From the NCBI RefSeq assembly GCF_030656115.1, contig NZ_JAUSOO010000037.1, positions 19,025 through 83,024 of the forward strand: a stretch of 64,000 nucleotides of DNA, given 5' to 3'. This document shows, piece by piece, positions 37,875 through 47,448 of the stretch (positions are counted from its first letter, which is position 1; every line of letters begins with the position of its first letter). The translations under genes were made by a program, and so were the position numbers. The notes beneath the pieces were generated by a model. The model was not told where the DNA came from, ran no database searches, and worked only from the letters and a program-made list of their open reading frames with translations. Origin of the DNA: Hydrogenophaga sp. (GTDB lineage Bacteria; Pseudomonadota; Gammaproteobacteria; Burkholderiales; Burkholderiaceae_C).

Positions 37875-38684
37875 TCACTTGGCACCTTCGCGTTCGCGTT
37901 GACGCAGACGCTTCACGTAGGGGCCATCGACCATGCTATCCGCGTCTAGATCGAGCGCGCAGTTCACCAAGATGGCGAACGTGCTGTCGCTGATCTGTAG
38001 CCCGTAGGGAAGGTGGCCGAAACTCCGGGCGCTGTTCTCTTCGATGCTCGCAAACAGTGCTTTGAAGAAATCGGCGAGAGAAGCCCGGGACGCTGCCGTA
38101 GCCGCCGCCGTCAAAGGGTCGGAGGCCTGCGCAACTGCGGTCGCAGCATCGTGAGCCAGTTCCCGGACGAAGTCGCTCAGCCTGGGCCAGTACTTGAGGT
38201 CGAACTGTCTCCGCAGATCTTCGAGGCGCTCCCGTACATGGCGTGTGAACCCATAGTTCTCTTGAGATGATGCTTGGATCACGTCGCAGACATGGTAGTG
38301 CGTATCCGTCCTGAAGCCTGACGTGTTGCCGAGGTCCGAGCGCTGCTGCAGCAGTTCAGCCAGTTCGGTGGCCTGCTTGGCAATTTGCTGGTTCACCTTG
38401 GTGAGTTCACTCCGCGCGTTGCGCGCTTCCGCAATCCTCTCGGGATTCCAAAGCGCTGCCGCTGTCAAAACCAGCCCTAGAAACGTCTTCAGGGCGTGCG
38501 GATGCTGATGTAACTTGCTGTGCAACTCCTCGTAGGCCGGAGTCATTTCCAGGCCTCTGGCCAGAAGGCGATCCACCACTGTGCTTTCACTGGGCAGGAT
38601 GTTGTATTCGGCGTTGTAGCGCTTTTCCTCCATGAGAAGGTTTTCGCAAACGTTTTTTGGAGAAACCGGTGTGTGCAAACTCAT
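37875..38684 (-). CDS. Hypothetical all-helical protein, co-oriented upstream of the CoiA-like gene
   Basis: Long ORF in the atypical islet with a coiled-coil stretch and FDLKYWPRLSDF; 24-nt gap to the next gene. Confidence 0.7.
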   Translation of the reverse strand: MSLHTPVSPKNVCENLLMEEKRYNAEYNILPSESTVVDRLLARGLEMTPAYEELHSKLHQHPHALKTFLGLVLTAAALWNPERIAEARNARSELTKVNQQIAKQATELAELLQQRSDLGNTSGFRTDTHYHVCDVIQASSQENYGFTRHVRERLEDLRRQFDLKYWPRLSDFVRELAHDAATAVAQASDPLTAAATAASRASLADFFKALFASIEENSARSFGHLPYGLQISDSTFAILVNCALDLDADSMVDGPYVKRLRQREREGAK

Positions 38685-38987
38685 GGTGTGTCGTGGCAGA
38701 TGAACATGCTTGCAGCATAGTGATGAACTCGCGTTCTGTCGGTACCTCAAGTGCTGAGGCAAAGTCTGGTTTTAGGTACCACGCCTTTCAAGGTGTTAGG
38801 GCTACGCTGAATAAGTCGAAAGCGCCAAAATTGAGCCTTTGTAAATCAATGACTTACGCGAGCCATTTCCATAAATCAGGCACTTGTTCAGCGTTGCCTT
38901 AGGTTGTCCTCGGCATTGTTGACGAATTGCGGTCGAGCCGCGTGCCACGCTGGACTGCTTATGGTGGCATTTTTAATACCATTCGCC

Positions 38988-39314
38988 ATGCGTGCAGTGA
39001 TTGATACCCATGTGTTTGTCGGCGCCTGTATGGGCACGGGAGCTTGCAATGCCGTTATCCACGCCTGCCCATTGAGCGCGCAAGAGCGCAACACCTTGCT
39101 CGACATTTTTTTGGTCCGTTGTGAATGGACCCGGGTGTATTACCTGTGGCGCCCCAACCTGCGTGACGAGGGTGACAACCACCTGATCGAACTGGCTGTG
39201 GCAGCCGGTGCCGACCTCATCATCAGCCGCAATGTGCGCGACCTGCGCAGCGGGCAGTTGCCCTTTGCCAGGTTGCGGGTCATGACACCCGAAGCGTTTC
39301 TGAAGGAGATTTAA
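38988..39314 (+). CDS. PIN-domain toxin, apparently with an in-frame internal deletion
   Basis: MRAVIDTHVFV...WRPNLRDEGDNHLIELAVAAGADLIISRNVRD; only 108 aa. Confidence 0.8.
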   Translation: MRAVIDTHVFVGACMGTGACNAVIHACPLSAQERNTLLDIFLVRCEWTRVYYLWRPNLRDEGDNHLIELAVAAGADLIISRNVRDLRSGQLPFARLRVMTPEAFLKEI

Positions 39315-39315
39315 C

Positions 39316-39549
39316 ATGGCAGCACTCACCGTCCGGTTGCCTGACGACAAACACCGTCGGCTCAAAGCCCTGGCGGCCAGTCGGGGCACACCGCTCAACC
39401 GACTGATTGACGAAATGACCACCCTGATGCTGGCCGAGTTCGATGCCGAAACCCGTTTTCGGCTGCGTGCCAGCCAAGGCATGGGCAAAGAAGCCGAGGG
39501 CTTGGCTTTGCTGGACAAGGCTTTGCACAAGCAAGAAAAAAACCTATGA
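39316..39549 (+). CDS. Ribbon-helix-helix antitoxin (HicB-like annotation)
   Basis: MAALTVRLPDDKHRRLKALAASRGTPLNRLIDE; starts 1 nt after the PIN stop. Confidence 0.85.
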   Translation: MAALTVRLPDDKHRRLKALAASRGTPLNRLIDEMTTLMLAEFDAETRFRLRASQGMGKEAEGLALLDKALHKQEKNL

Positions 39550-39671
39550 ACAAGGCCGCATAAAGACGCGACGTGGCTTAAGACTTCACAGGGCCGGATA
39601 CATCACCGGCGCGCCCAGCCGACAACCGTGCTTTGGCCATGCTGCACCGCATGAAATGAATCCAGGGGATG

Positions 39672-40706
39672 TCACACAGTCGGTGGCTCCACCTCAAGCA
39701 CCGCCTCGACATAAAGCTTCTCGATCAGCACGATCAGTACCACCATCAAAGGCGTGGCCAGGATGACGCCCGGCAACCCAAACAGCAGGCCAAAGATGAC
39801 GGCTGCGATGATGCCCAGCACAGCCGGCAGGTCCACCGCCCAGCGCTGCACGAAGGGCATCAACAGGTTGCCTTCCACCTGCTGGATGGCAATGCACAGC
39901 CCGGCCACATACAGCGCCTGTTGGGGCCCTTGCATGAAGGCCAGCAGCACGGCCAGAATGCCCGATGCAATGGGCCCGAAAAAGGGGACGAAGGCCAACA
40001 CGCCAGCGATGACGCCGATGGTTGCCGCCAGCGGTATGCCGAGCATGGCCAGCCCGATGGCCGTGGTGGAGCCGACAAACAGCATGGAGATGCCCTGCCC
40101 CAGCAGCCAACGCGACAGCGCCTGTGCGCTGGCCAGCAGCGCGCCGTCGACGCGCGCGCGCCAGGCGGGCGGCACCAGCCGGACCAGACCCCGGCGGTAC
40201 AACTGCGGGTCGGCCGCCAGGTACACACCCAGCACCAACACCAGGCCGATGCTGCCCAAAGCGCCCAGCGTGCGCGTGGCCGCATTGGCCACGCGGGCCC
40301 AGGGCATGTCTTCGGCGTTGAGGCCTTCCCACACCTTCAGCGCAGCCAGGCCCAGCGAGTGACCGCGGGCCCAGGACACCAAGGCGGCCATGGCTTCGGG
40401 TATGCGCTGGCGAAGGTCCTCGGTCTGCGCCAAGAGGCGGTCACCCGCCAGCCACGAACCCAGCACCACCACCGCCAACGTCAGCACCACAGCGGCTGCG
40501 ACAGCCAACTGGTGTTTCACGCGCAGAAAGCGTTCCAGCGGTGCCGCAAATGCCTGCAAGGCCACGGCAACGATCACGGCGCCGAACATCAGCACCAGCA
40601 CGTCCGACAGCCGCCAAGCCAGCAGGCCCAACACCATGAGCAGCGCTCCCAGCGCCAAGATACGGGTGCTCGGAGCAACTCGGGTGGGTGGGTGTTTGAT
40701 CGTCAT
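39672..40706 (-). CDS. AI-2E family transporter
   Basis: Multi-TM protein; FVPFFGP, QQVEGNLLMP, GLPGVILATP. Confidence 0.9.
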   Translation of the reverse strand: MTIKHPPTRVAPSTRILALGALLMVLGLLAWRLSDVLVLMFGAVIVAVALQAFAAPLERFLRVKHQLAVAAAVVLTLAVVVLGSWLAGDRLLAQTEDLRQRIPEAMAALVSWARGHSLGLAALKVWEGLNAEDMPWARVANAATRTLGALGSIGLVLVLGVYLAADPQLYRRGLVRLVPPAWRARVDGALLASAQALSRWLLGQGISMLFVGSTTAIGLAMLGIPLAATIGVIAGVLAFVPFFGPIASGILAVLLAFMQGPQQALYVAGLCIAIQQVEGNLLMPFVQRWAVDLPAVLGIIAAVIFGLLFGLPGVILATPLMVVLIVLIEKLYVEAVLEVEPPTV

Positions 40707-40925
40707 CGGTGGACCGTTTGGGTGAAGGCTGGAACCGGACGAGGCCCGGTGCGACGAGACAGCCGTTCACAGCGGTGATTGCCAAAACCACCGAAACGCC
40801 AAGCAAGTGGGTACAGATGGGGCTGATCGCTCGTTTACCCATCCCCATTCAGTCTCGCCACAGAAATAAAGTGCCTCCGGGTTGTGCGCCACGACCCCGC
40901 CAAGCGGATGAGCACCTTCGCCTGT

Positions 40926-42119
40926 TTACTGGGTGTTTGGCAGCAGGGCGCCCTGTCGGGTCAACGGTGGCCAGGTACCGGCTGCGGCCCGGGTTTCGTA
41001 CCACCGGTGCATGGCCGCGTCCTCCACGGCGTATTCGCCCCGTGCCGATTTCCACACCAGCGCAGGCATGCGCTGGCGCAGCGATTCCAGCGCGTTCTGC
41101 GCTTGAGGCGGCGTCACCGCCTTGTCGCGCCCGGTTTTCTCGCGGTAGAAGCGCAGCGCTTCAGCGTCATACGGCCTGAAGCGGGGGCCTTGTTCCAGCA
41201 TGCGCCACAGCACCGCCTGCTCCAGCGGCTTCAGGCCCAGGTAGTCCGACTCCATCTGGCCCTCGTCGTCTTGCTGGCGCTGTGCGGCGGCCTGCAACAT
41301 GGCGGGCTCAAAGCGGCCCGTCAGCGCCGCCAGCGGGCTGAGCACTTGGCCCAGTGCTTCCATGAAGAATTGCGGCCGGTTGCCAAAACCTTCAAACGCG
41401 GCCTGTAGCGTGGCTGGGTCCACCGGCGCCAGCTCGGGGCGCTGCGCCTCAATCAGTTGAACGATGTGCGCCATGAAGTCCTGCCCCAGCATCGGCATGG
41501 TCTTGATCTGTGAGCCATAAAACGGCGAACTGTTGGTATTCACCAGGCGCAGCAGCTTGTCACGGTCCGATCCCGACATCACCAGCATCAGGTTCACCAC
41601 ACCCGGTCGGTTCAGCTGGTCGCGGGCCGACTTGAGCGCTGTCATGGACGCCTCGCCCGCTTCGCTGGTCAGCGCGTGCTGGGCTTCGTCAATCACCAGC
41701 GCCACCGGTTTGTTGGCCGTTTCATGCAGGGCGCGCAAGGCGTCTACCAGCGTCAGCCCGTCCAGCCTGCCGATGCGGCTGGTGTCAACGTCCAGCCACC
41801 CAGCCAGGCTCACCTTGTTCAGCCCGGTTTTCTTCGCGGCGCGGGCGATCACACCCAGGTGCGGCTGCAGGGCACGGCCCATAGCGTCGGCAATCAGCAC
41901 GCCAGGGTCGCGCGTGATGTCGGCCCAGAGGTCCACATACACCACCACCACACCCGCTTTTTCCAGCGCCGGGCACAGGTCGCCGCGCAAGAAGGTGGTT
42001 TTTCCCGTGCGCCGGGGCGCAGCCAGAAACAAGCCATTGTGGGCGTCACCAAAGGCGGTCTTGCCCTGGAGCTGGCGCACCAGTTCATCGGCCAGGGCGG
42101 TGCGGGGGTAGGCGATCAT
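40926..42119 (-). CDS. P-loop ATPase (AAA_16/archaeal ATPase-like) with probable C-terminal winged helix
   Basis: Walker A LAAPRRTGKTT, Walker B LVIDEAQH, MSGS, C-terminal QAQNALESL...LVWKSARGEY. Confidence 0.82.
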   Translation of the reverse strand: MIAYPRTALADELVRQLQGKTAFGDAHNGLFLAAPRRTGKTTFLRGDLCPALEKAGVVVVYVDLWADITRDPGVLIADAMGRALQPHLGVIARAAKKTGLNKVSLAGWLDVDTSRIGRLDGLTLVDALRALHETANKPVALVIDEAQHALTSEAGEASMTALKSARDQLNRPGVVNLMLVMSGSDRDKLLRLVNTNSSPFYGSQIKTMPMLGQDFMAHIVQLIEAQRPELAPVDPATLQAAFEGFGNRPQFFMEALGQVLSPLAALTGRFEPAMLQAAAQRQQDDEGQMESDYLGLKPLEQAVLWRMLEQGPRFRPYDAEALRFYREKTGRDKAVTPPQAQNALESLRQRMPALVWKSARGEYAVEDAAMHRWYETRAAAGTWPPLTRQGALLPNTQ

Positions 42120-42283
42120 ATTTATCTCGTTTTATTTTGATTTTGATAATTTATCGAGATCGAGATAAAAGTCAATAAAAGAGCGTCTAGCTGCTCAGGT
42201 TTCTTCAGCTACGAAAGCAGGGTCTGGATGCGCATACGGTAAGTAGGGCTGCGCTTTTAACTCGCCCGTGCATGGCCAGCACC

Positions 42284-43186
42284 TCAAGTCTTGCGCCGGA
42301 TGCGCCCACCGCCCATGGGCCAGCGCACCAGGTTCAGCACGTTCCCAGACAAGATCAGACCGACCCCTAACAAGGTGAACAGATCCAATCCTTCCGAGTA
42401 CGCCAGCCAGCCCACGAGCGCGGTCAATGGCACGCGCAGGAAGTCCATCGGCACGACCACGGTGGCATCTGCATGCTGCATCGCCCTGGCGAAGCAGTAG
42501 TGTGAGTAGGTGCCGCAGAACGCCACCACCACCACCCAACCCCAGGCCTGGGCGGAGGGCCATTGCCAGACCATGAGCCCGGGTACCAGCCCGATGGCGC
42601 TTTGCACCACCAGCATCCAGAAGCTGATCGCGACGGCGGCGTCCGTGCGGGTGAGGGACTTCACCAACACGACGGAGATGGCGAACCCGAAGGCTGAGGC
42701 CAGCGCAATCAGCTGCCCCATGTCGATCTCGCCCGCGCCTGGACGCACGATCACCGCCACGCCCACGAGCCCCAGCAGCACCGCGAACCACTTCCGTCCG
42801 CTCATCCGCTCACCGAGAAAGACCACGGCCAGGGCCGCCGACCATATCGGCATGGTGAATTCAATGGAAACCACCTGTGCGAGCGGGATCAGTGTGAGGG
42901 CCACAAACCAGCCGTACTGCGCGGCATAGTGAACGACATTGCGCAGCATGTGCTGGGGCAGCCGTTGGGTACGGACGGCGCTGAAACCACCCGCTGCGCG
43001 CACCAGCGGCCAGAGCATGAGCATGCCGAGGGTGGAGCGCAGCAGCATGATCTGGAAGACCGAGAGTTCTTGCGCGGCCTCGCGCCCGGCCACGGCGATC
43101 ACCACCATCAGCGTGAGCCAGCCGGCCATCCAGACGGCGGCGCGAGCGATGGGTGTATGGAGGTGGAACGGCATCGGCTTGAACAT
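42284..43186 (-). CDS. DMT/EamA family transporter
   Basis: About 10 TM helices; SIEFTMPIW, PMDFLRVP. Confidence 0.9.
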   Translation of the reverse strand: MFKPMPFHLHTPIARAAVWMAGWLTLMVVIAVAGREAAQELSVFQIMLLRSTLGMLMLWPLVRAAGGFSAVRTQRLPQHMLRNVVHYAAQYGWFVALTLIPLAQVVSIEFTMPIWSAALAVVFLGERMSGRKWFAVLLGLVGVAVIVRPGAGEIDMGQLIALASAFGFAISVVLVKSLTRTDAAVAISFWMLVVQSAIGLVPGLMVWQWPSAQAWGWVVVVAFCGTYSHYCFARAMQHADATVVVPMDFLRVPLTALVGWLAYSEGLDLFTLLGVGLILSGNVLNLVRWPMGGGRIRRKT

Positions 43187-43207
43187 GGGAGCCGTGGCTT
43201 TTTGATT

Positions 43208-45382
43208 TCAAATGGGTTGTCTGGCCTGGTGTTCGGCCGCAAAAGCCACGTACCAGTCCAGGCAACCCGGGTTGGCCATGGCTTCCTTGTTGATCACCTT
43301 CTCCAGCGGCTGGCCGAGCAGCAGCTTCTTGATCGGCAGCTCCTGCTTCTTGCCTGAGAGCGTGCGCGGAATCTCGGCCACCTGAAAGATGGCGTTGGGC
43401 AGGAAGCGCGGCGACAGCGCGGTGCGGATGGCGCCGTTGATCTTGGCCGTCATCGGATCGTCCAGCGAGAGCCCCGGGCGCAGCACCACGAACAGCGGCA
43501 TGTAGCTCTCGCGCCCGAGATATTCGAGGTCGACCACCATCGAGTCCAGCACCTCGGGCAGGGCCTCGACCGCGCTGTAGAGCTCGCTGGTGCCCATGCG
43601 CAGGCCGTGGCGGTTGATGGTGGCGTCGGAGCGGCCGTAGATGACGCAGGAACCGTCGGGATGGATGCGCAGCCAGTCGCCGTGGCGCCAGACGGCGCCG
43701 GCTTCTGCGGCGAGATCACCGCCACCCGGTTTGCGGCCGTGGCCGGGCGGGTACATGTCGAAGTAGCTGCCGAGCAGGCGGCGGTTGTCGGTATCGCCGA
43801 CGAAGTACAGCGGCATGGACGGGATGGGTTGTGCGCAGACCAGTTCGCCCACTTCGTCGATGACCGGCTGGCCCTGCTCGTTCCACGCCTCGACCGCGCA
43901 GCCCATCAGGCGGCACTGCATGCGGCCGGGGGTTTGAGGCAGTTCGCGGTTGCCGCCGATGAAGGCGCCGGCGAAGTCGGTGCCGCCGGAGATGTTGCAC
44001 CACCAGATGTCGCCGGGTTGTTGTCCCATGTGCGAGAGGCTGGGTTCGGGGAGGCCCTCACCCCTGCCCTCTCCCAGGGGGAGAGGGAGTGAAGACCCCC
44101 GCAACTGGCGAAACTGCGCTGTGCCCCAGTTCTGCGCGTCTTCCGACAGCGGCGAACCGGTGGTGCCGAGCGCGCGCACCTTGGACAGATCGCCACAGGT
44201 CGACAGGTCCACCCCCGCTTTCAGGCAGTTTGCAAAAAACGCCGCACCGGCGCCGAAGAAGGTCACGCCCTGTTCGGCGGCGAAGCGCCAGAGCGTGGTC
44301 CAGTCGGGCTGGTCTTTGCTGCCGCCAGGGTTGCCGTCAAAGATGACGCAGGTGGTGCCGTTGAGCAGGCCGCTGGTCTGCGCGTTCCACATCACCCAGC
44401 CGGTGGAGCTGTACCAGTGGTAGCGCTCGCCCCAGCTGTTGGGGCGGTAGCTGCAGCCCACGTCGTTGTGCAGGATTTTGAGCGCCAGCGCGACGATCAT
44501 GGTGCCGCCGTGGCCGTGCACGATGGGCTTGGGCAGGCCGGTGGTGCCGCTGCTGTACACGATCCACAGCGGGTGGTCGAATGGCAGCCACAGCGGCTCA
44601 AAGGCGGCGGTGTCAGCATCAACGCGCGCGGTGGCGGTGCTAAACGCGGTGCAGGGCTGGGCCGCTTCGAGCGCGCGGTCCACGGCGGCGGGCTCTTCGG
44701 CCAGGTTGGTGTGCAAGATCACATGGCGCACCGTGGGCAAGGCGGCGCGCAACTCGGCCACCACGGCCAGGCGGTCGAAGTCGCGTCCGCCGTAGGTCAC
44801 GCCGTCGCACGCAATCAGCGCCACAGGTTCGATCTGTTTGAAGCGGTCGAGCACAGCATGCGTGCCCATGTCGGGCGCACACACGCTCCACACCGCGCCG
44901 ATGCTCACCACCGCCAGAAAGGCCACCATGGTTTCGGGAATGTTGGGCAGGTAGGCGGCCACGCGGTCGCCGGGCTTCACACCCTGCGCCTGCAGGTGCA
45001 GCGCCAGCGCCGCCACCTGGCGGCGCAGCTCGGGCCAGCTCAGCTCCACCGCGCGGCCCTTTTCGTTGCGGCTGACCACTGCCGAAAAACCCGCCGCGTG
45101 CGCGGGCTGCACGTGGCGAAACACCTGCTGCGCGTAGTTCACCTGGGCGCCCGGGAACCACGTCGCGCCGGGCATCACGTTGCGCTGCAGCACCGCGGTG
45201 TGCGGCGTGGGCGAGCGCAGGTCGAAGTAATCCCAGATGCTTTGCCAGAACGCGTCCAGCTCGGTGGTGGACCAGCGCCAGAGCGCGTCGTAGTCATCGA
45301 ACTGCAGGCCTCGGTGTTCGGCCAGCCAGTGCTGGTACAGGCGAATCTGGGGCGTGAAGGGGGCGGTTGGCGCGGTGCTCAT
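43208..45382 (-). CDS. Acetoacetate-CoA ligase
   Basis: YSSGTTGLPKPIVHGHGG, WYSSTGWVMWN, ISGGTDF, WRHGDW, GRSDATINRHGLRMGTSE, GKKQELPIK. Confidence 0.92.
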   Translation of the reverse strand: MSTAPTAPFTPQIRLYQHWLAEHRGLQFDDYDALWRWSTTELDAFWQSIWDYFDLRSPTPHTAVLQRNVMPGATWFPGAQVNYAQQVFRHVQPAHAAGFSAVVSRNEKGRAVELSWPELRRQVAALALHLQAQGVKPGDRVAAYLPNIPETMVAFLAVVSIGAVWSVCAPDMGTHAVLDRFKQIEPVALIACDGVTYGGRDFDRLAVVAELRAALPTVRHVILHTNLAEEPAAVDRALEAAQPCTAFSTATARVDADTAAFEPLWLPFDHPLWIVYSSGTTGLPKPIVHGHGGTMIVALALKILHNDVGCSYRPNSWGERYHWYSSTGWVMWNAQTSGLLNGTTCVIFDGNPGGSKDQPDWTTLWRFAAEQGVTFFGAGAAFFANCLKAGVDLSTCGDLSKVRALGTTGSPLSEDAQNWGTAQFRQLRGSSLPLPLGEGRGEGLPEPSLSHMGQQPGDIWWCNISGGTDFAGAFIGGNRELPQTPGRMQCRLMGCAVEAWNEQGQPVIDEVGELVCAQPIPSMPLYFVGDTDNRRLLGSYFDMYPPGHGRKPGGGDLAAEAGAVWRHGDWLRIHPDGSCVIYGRSDATINRHGLRMGTSELYSAVEALPEVLDSMVVDLEYLGRESYMPLFVVLRPGLSLDDPMTAKINGAIRTALSPRFLPNAIFQVAEIPRTLSGKKQELPIKKLLLGQPLEKVINKEAMANPGCLDWYVAFAAEHQARQPI
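44054..44089. repeat. 36-bp REP-like palindrome inserted in-frame in the ligase gene
   Basis: GCCCTCACCCCTGCCCTCTCCCAGGGGGAGAGGGAG, about 5 mismatches to the 33807-33842 copy; encodes LPLPLGEGRGEG. Confidence 0.85.
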
Positions 45383-45601
45383 GGGTTCGCTCTTTCATCG
45401 GGCCCTGGGGGCCGGTTGTCTCCGTCGAGCACGAGGGTAGCAGCGCCCCACAAGCGCAGCCGTTGCCGGTGCGACAGCCTGCGGTGCTGCGCGCCCGCAC
45501 CAATGCGAATGCCCACCCGGCACGGAACCTGAGCGTTTTTGTTGCGGCCCCGTGGCAGCGGGCGATGTCCAGATCCGACCGCCTGCTCGACTCTCAGACT
45601 C

Positions 45602-45997
45602 TCACATACCGGCAATGCGGGAGCGGGTCGATTGCAGCACGTGGAGCACCACGCCCAACGGACTGGCCGCCGCCACCATGAGCACCAGATCGCCACCTTG
45701 CTGCCGCTGGATGCGCGCGGTGGCGACATGAACGCCCCCGGCCTCCATGGTCATGACATTGAGTCCACCGCTGCCCTCGCCCGAACCCAGTGGCAGGCCG
45801 TCGATCGCGGAGGCACCGACCGCCATCAGCGAGCTCGACAACGCCGCCATCTTGCCGACCTGCTTCTCATCCAGTCCGATCGATGCGATGTTGAAGCCGT
45901 CCGGCGTGCACAACACAGCGCAGCGGACCTTGGGCAGACTGGCCACCATGTCCTGCAGCACCGGGAGAAAAAAATGGCCCATGGCCAAGGAATCCAT
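45602..45997 (-). CDS. Roadblock/LC7 (MglB-like) protein
   Basis: VRCAVLCTPDGFNIAS...KMAALSSSLMAVG; AAGGA RBS before the ATG at 45997. Confidence 0.85.
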   Translation of the reverse strand: MDSLAMGHFFLPVLQDMVASLPKVRCAVLCTPDGFNIASIGLDEKQVGKMAALSSSLMAVGASAIDGLPLGSGEGSGGLNVMTMEAGGVHVATARIQRQQGGDLVLMVAAASPLGVVLHVLQSTRSRIAGM

Positions 45998-46059
45998 TTG
46001 CCATCCTTTGCTGTTCAAAAATTGGGCCTTGGCCGAACGTGCCACGTTGGGACACTCCC

Positions 46060-46647
46060 TCAGGCTTGCAAAGCGGTGTAGGGCGTCACCAGCGCCATGG
46101 TGACGGCCTGCAACACGTCAGCAGGCTCTCTGGGGTCGGCGCTGAGCACGGGCGCCAGCGGGTGGAAACGGGTCACCAGTTCGCGCACCGAATCCAGCAC
46201 CTGCTGCTCCTGCCCGTCGGGCACCCGTGTCACCGCCACCGCCAACCGCGCCACCGCCTTGCGCTGGGCCAAGGCTTGCAGCCACTTGCGGCATTCCAGG
46301 CGGATCGGGTCGCGGTCACCGTAGATCCAGAGCACGATCGCCGAGCTGCGCGGCAGCAACGCGTCCCACATGGCGTCAAAGCGGTCCTGACCCGGCACAC
46401 CGATCAGTGCAACCACTTTGCCATCGGGGAAACGCCATTCGCCATAGTCCAGGCCCACGGTCGTGGTCGTCTTGCCGGACTGCTGCAGCGTGCGATGGCC
46501 AATGGCCTCGGCACTGACCACATCGGTATTGACCACCGGCACATCTGAAATGGCGCGCAAGGCGGTGGTCTTGCCAACGCCAAAAGGACCGACGAACGCG
46601 ACCTGCTGTTCGACTTGATGACCGAGAACGACGGGCAGTTTGTTCAC
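46060..46647 (-). CDS. Small GTPase (MglA/CvnD-like ATP/GTP-binding protein)
   Basis: G1 GPFGVGKTT, TTTVGLDYG, GVPGQDRFDAMWD; GTG start overlaps the upstream stop (GTGA). Confidence 0.88.
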   Translation of the reverse strand: MNKLPVVLGHQVEQQVAFVGPFGVGKTTALRAISDVPVVNTDVVSAEAIGHRTLQQSGKTTTTVGLDYGEWRFPDGKVVALIGVPGQDRFDAMWDALLPRSSAIVLWIYGDRDPIRLECRKWLQALAQRKAVARLAVAVTRVPDGQEQQVLDSVRELVTRFHPLAPVLSADPREPADVLQAVTMALVTPYTALQA

Positions 46648-47288
46648 GTGAATTTGCTCAGTAGGCGCGTGACCAGGCCCCAGCCCAATCCGCTGGCCGA
46701 CAACTGTGTCGGTTTGGGTGCTTCGTTCGGCCGGGTCTGGCCGGACACGCGGGGTGCGATCTTGGGTTCCATCGTCAAAATACCCTGCTGCTGCGCATCG
46801 GCCAGCAGCGCATCCAGGGCCAGCAGAGCGTGGGGACACGCCAACCGGAGATCTGGGTAGCTGCACGGTTTGGCCAACATCTGCCCGCAGGCGGCGGCCA
46901 GTTCAATGGCGCCGCTCTTGCCATCGAGCAAGCCGTTGTAGCGAGACACGTTGGGCCAAACCTTCAGGCGCACCGGCTGCTCAGGGGCCGTCCAGGCACC
47001 GATCGGAACCGGTCGGTCCGGGAAGCAATGATCGATCCAGCCAAACACCTTGTCCATTTGCAGCGGCACTTTGAGAAAAGTCCATCCGCCCTGCACGGCC
47101 TGGGCCGGAAAATGGCTCGCCAGCACGACACCTTGGTAGGCGCCCTGCTTTTTGTGCTCTTGCAGCAGCTGGCTCAAGCCGGCCGGCTCCAGACAGCTGG
47201 CATCAATCACCCACAAGGCCGCCGCGTTGGGCTCTTCCCGCCATTCCCAGCGGCGCTCGTTCATGCCCAAGAGCGACTTGAACGCCAT
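46644..47288 (-). CDS. Hypothetical protein in the Roadblock/GTPase operon
   Basis: Translationally coupled to the GTPase. N-terminal receiver-like alpha/beta pattern (ALWVID...GWTFLKVPL) and C-terminal VRLKVWPN domain. The start could lie as far upstream as 47402. Confidence 0.65.
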   Translation of the reverse strand: MAFKSLLGMNERRWEWREEPNAAALWVIDASCLEPAGLSQLLQEHKKQGAYQGVVLASHFPAQAVQGGWTFLKVPLQMDKVFGWIDHCFPDRPVPIGAWTAPEQPVRLKVWPNVSRYNGLLDGKSGAIELAAACGQMLAKPCSYPDLRLACPHALLALDALLADAQQQGILTMEPKIAPRVSGQTRPNEAPKPTQLSASGLGWGLVTRLLSKFT

Positions 47289-47448
47289 GACATGCGGGGA
47301 TTGCCGGTGCGGCGACCACAGACCGCACCCGAGCGGTTCGGTGCGTGCGGCCTGAGACGGTTGACTGGAGGTCAATGGGCTGGACAAGTGAAGATGTTGC
47401 AAACAAGGCGGGGCGTGCCGACACCGCCTACACCACCGACACCGGCGT

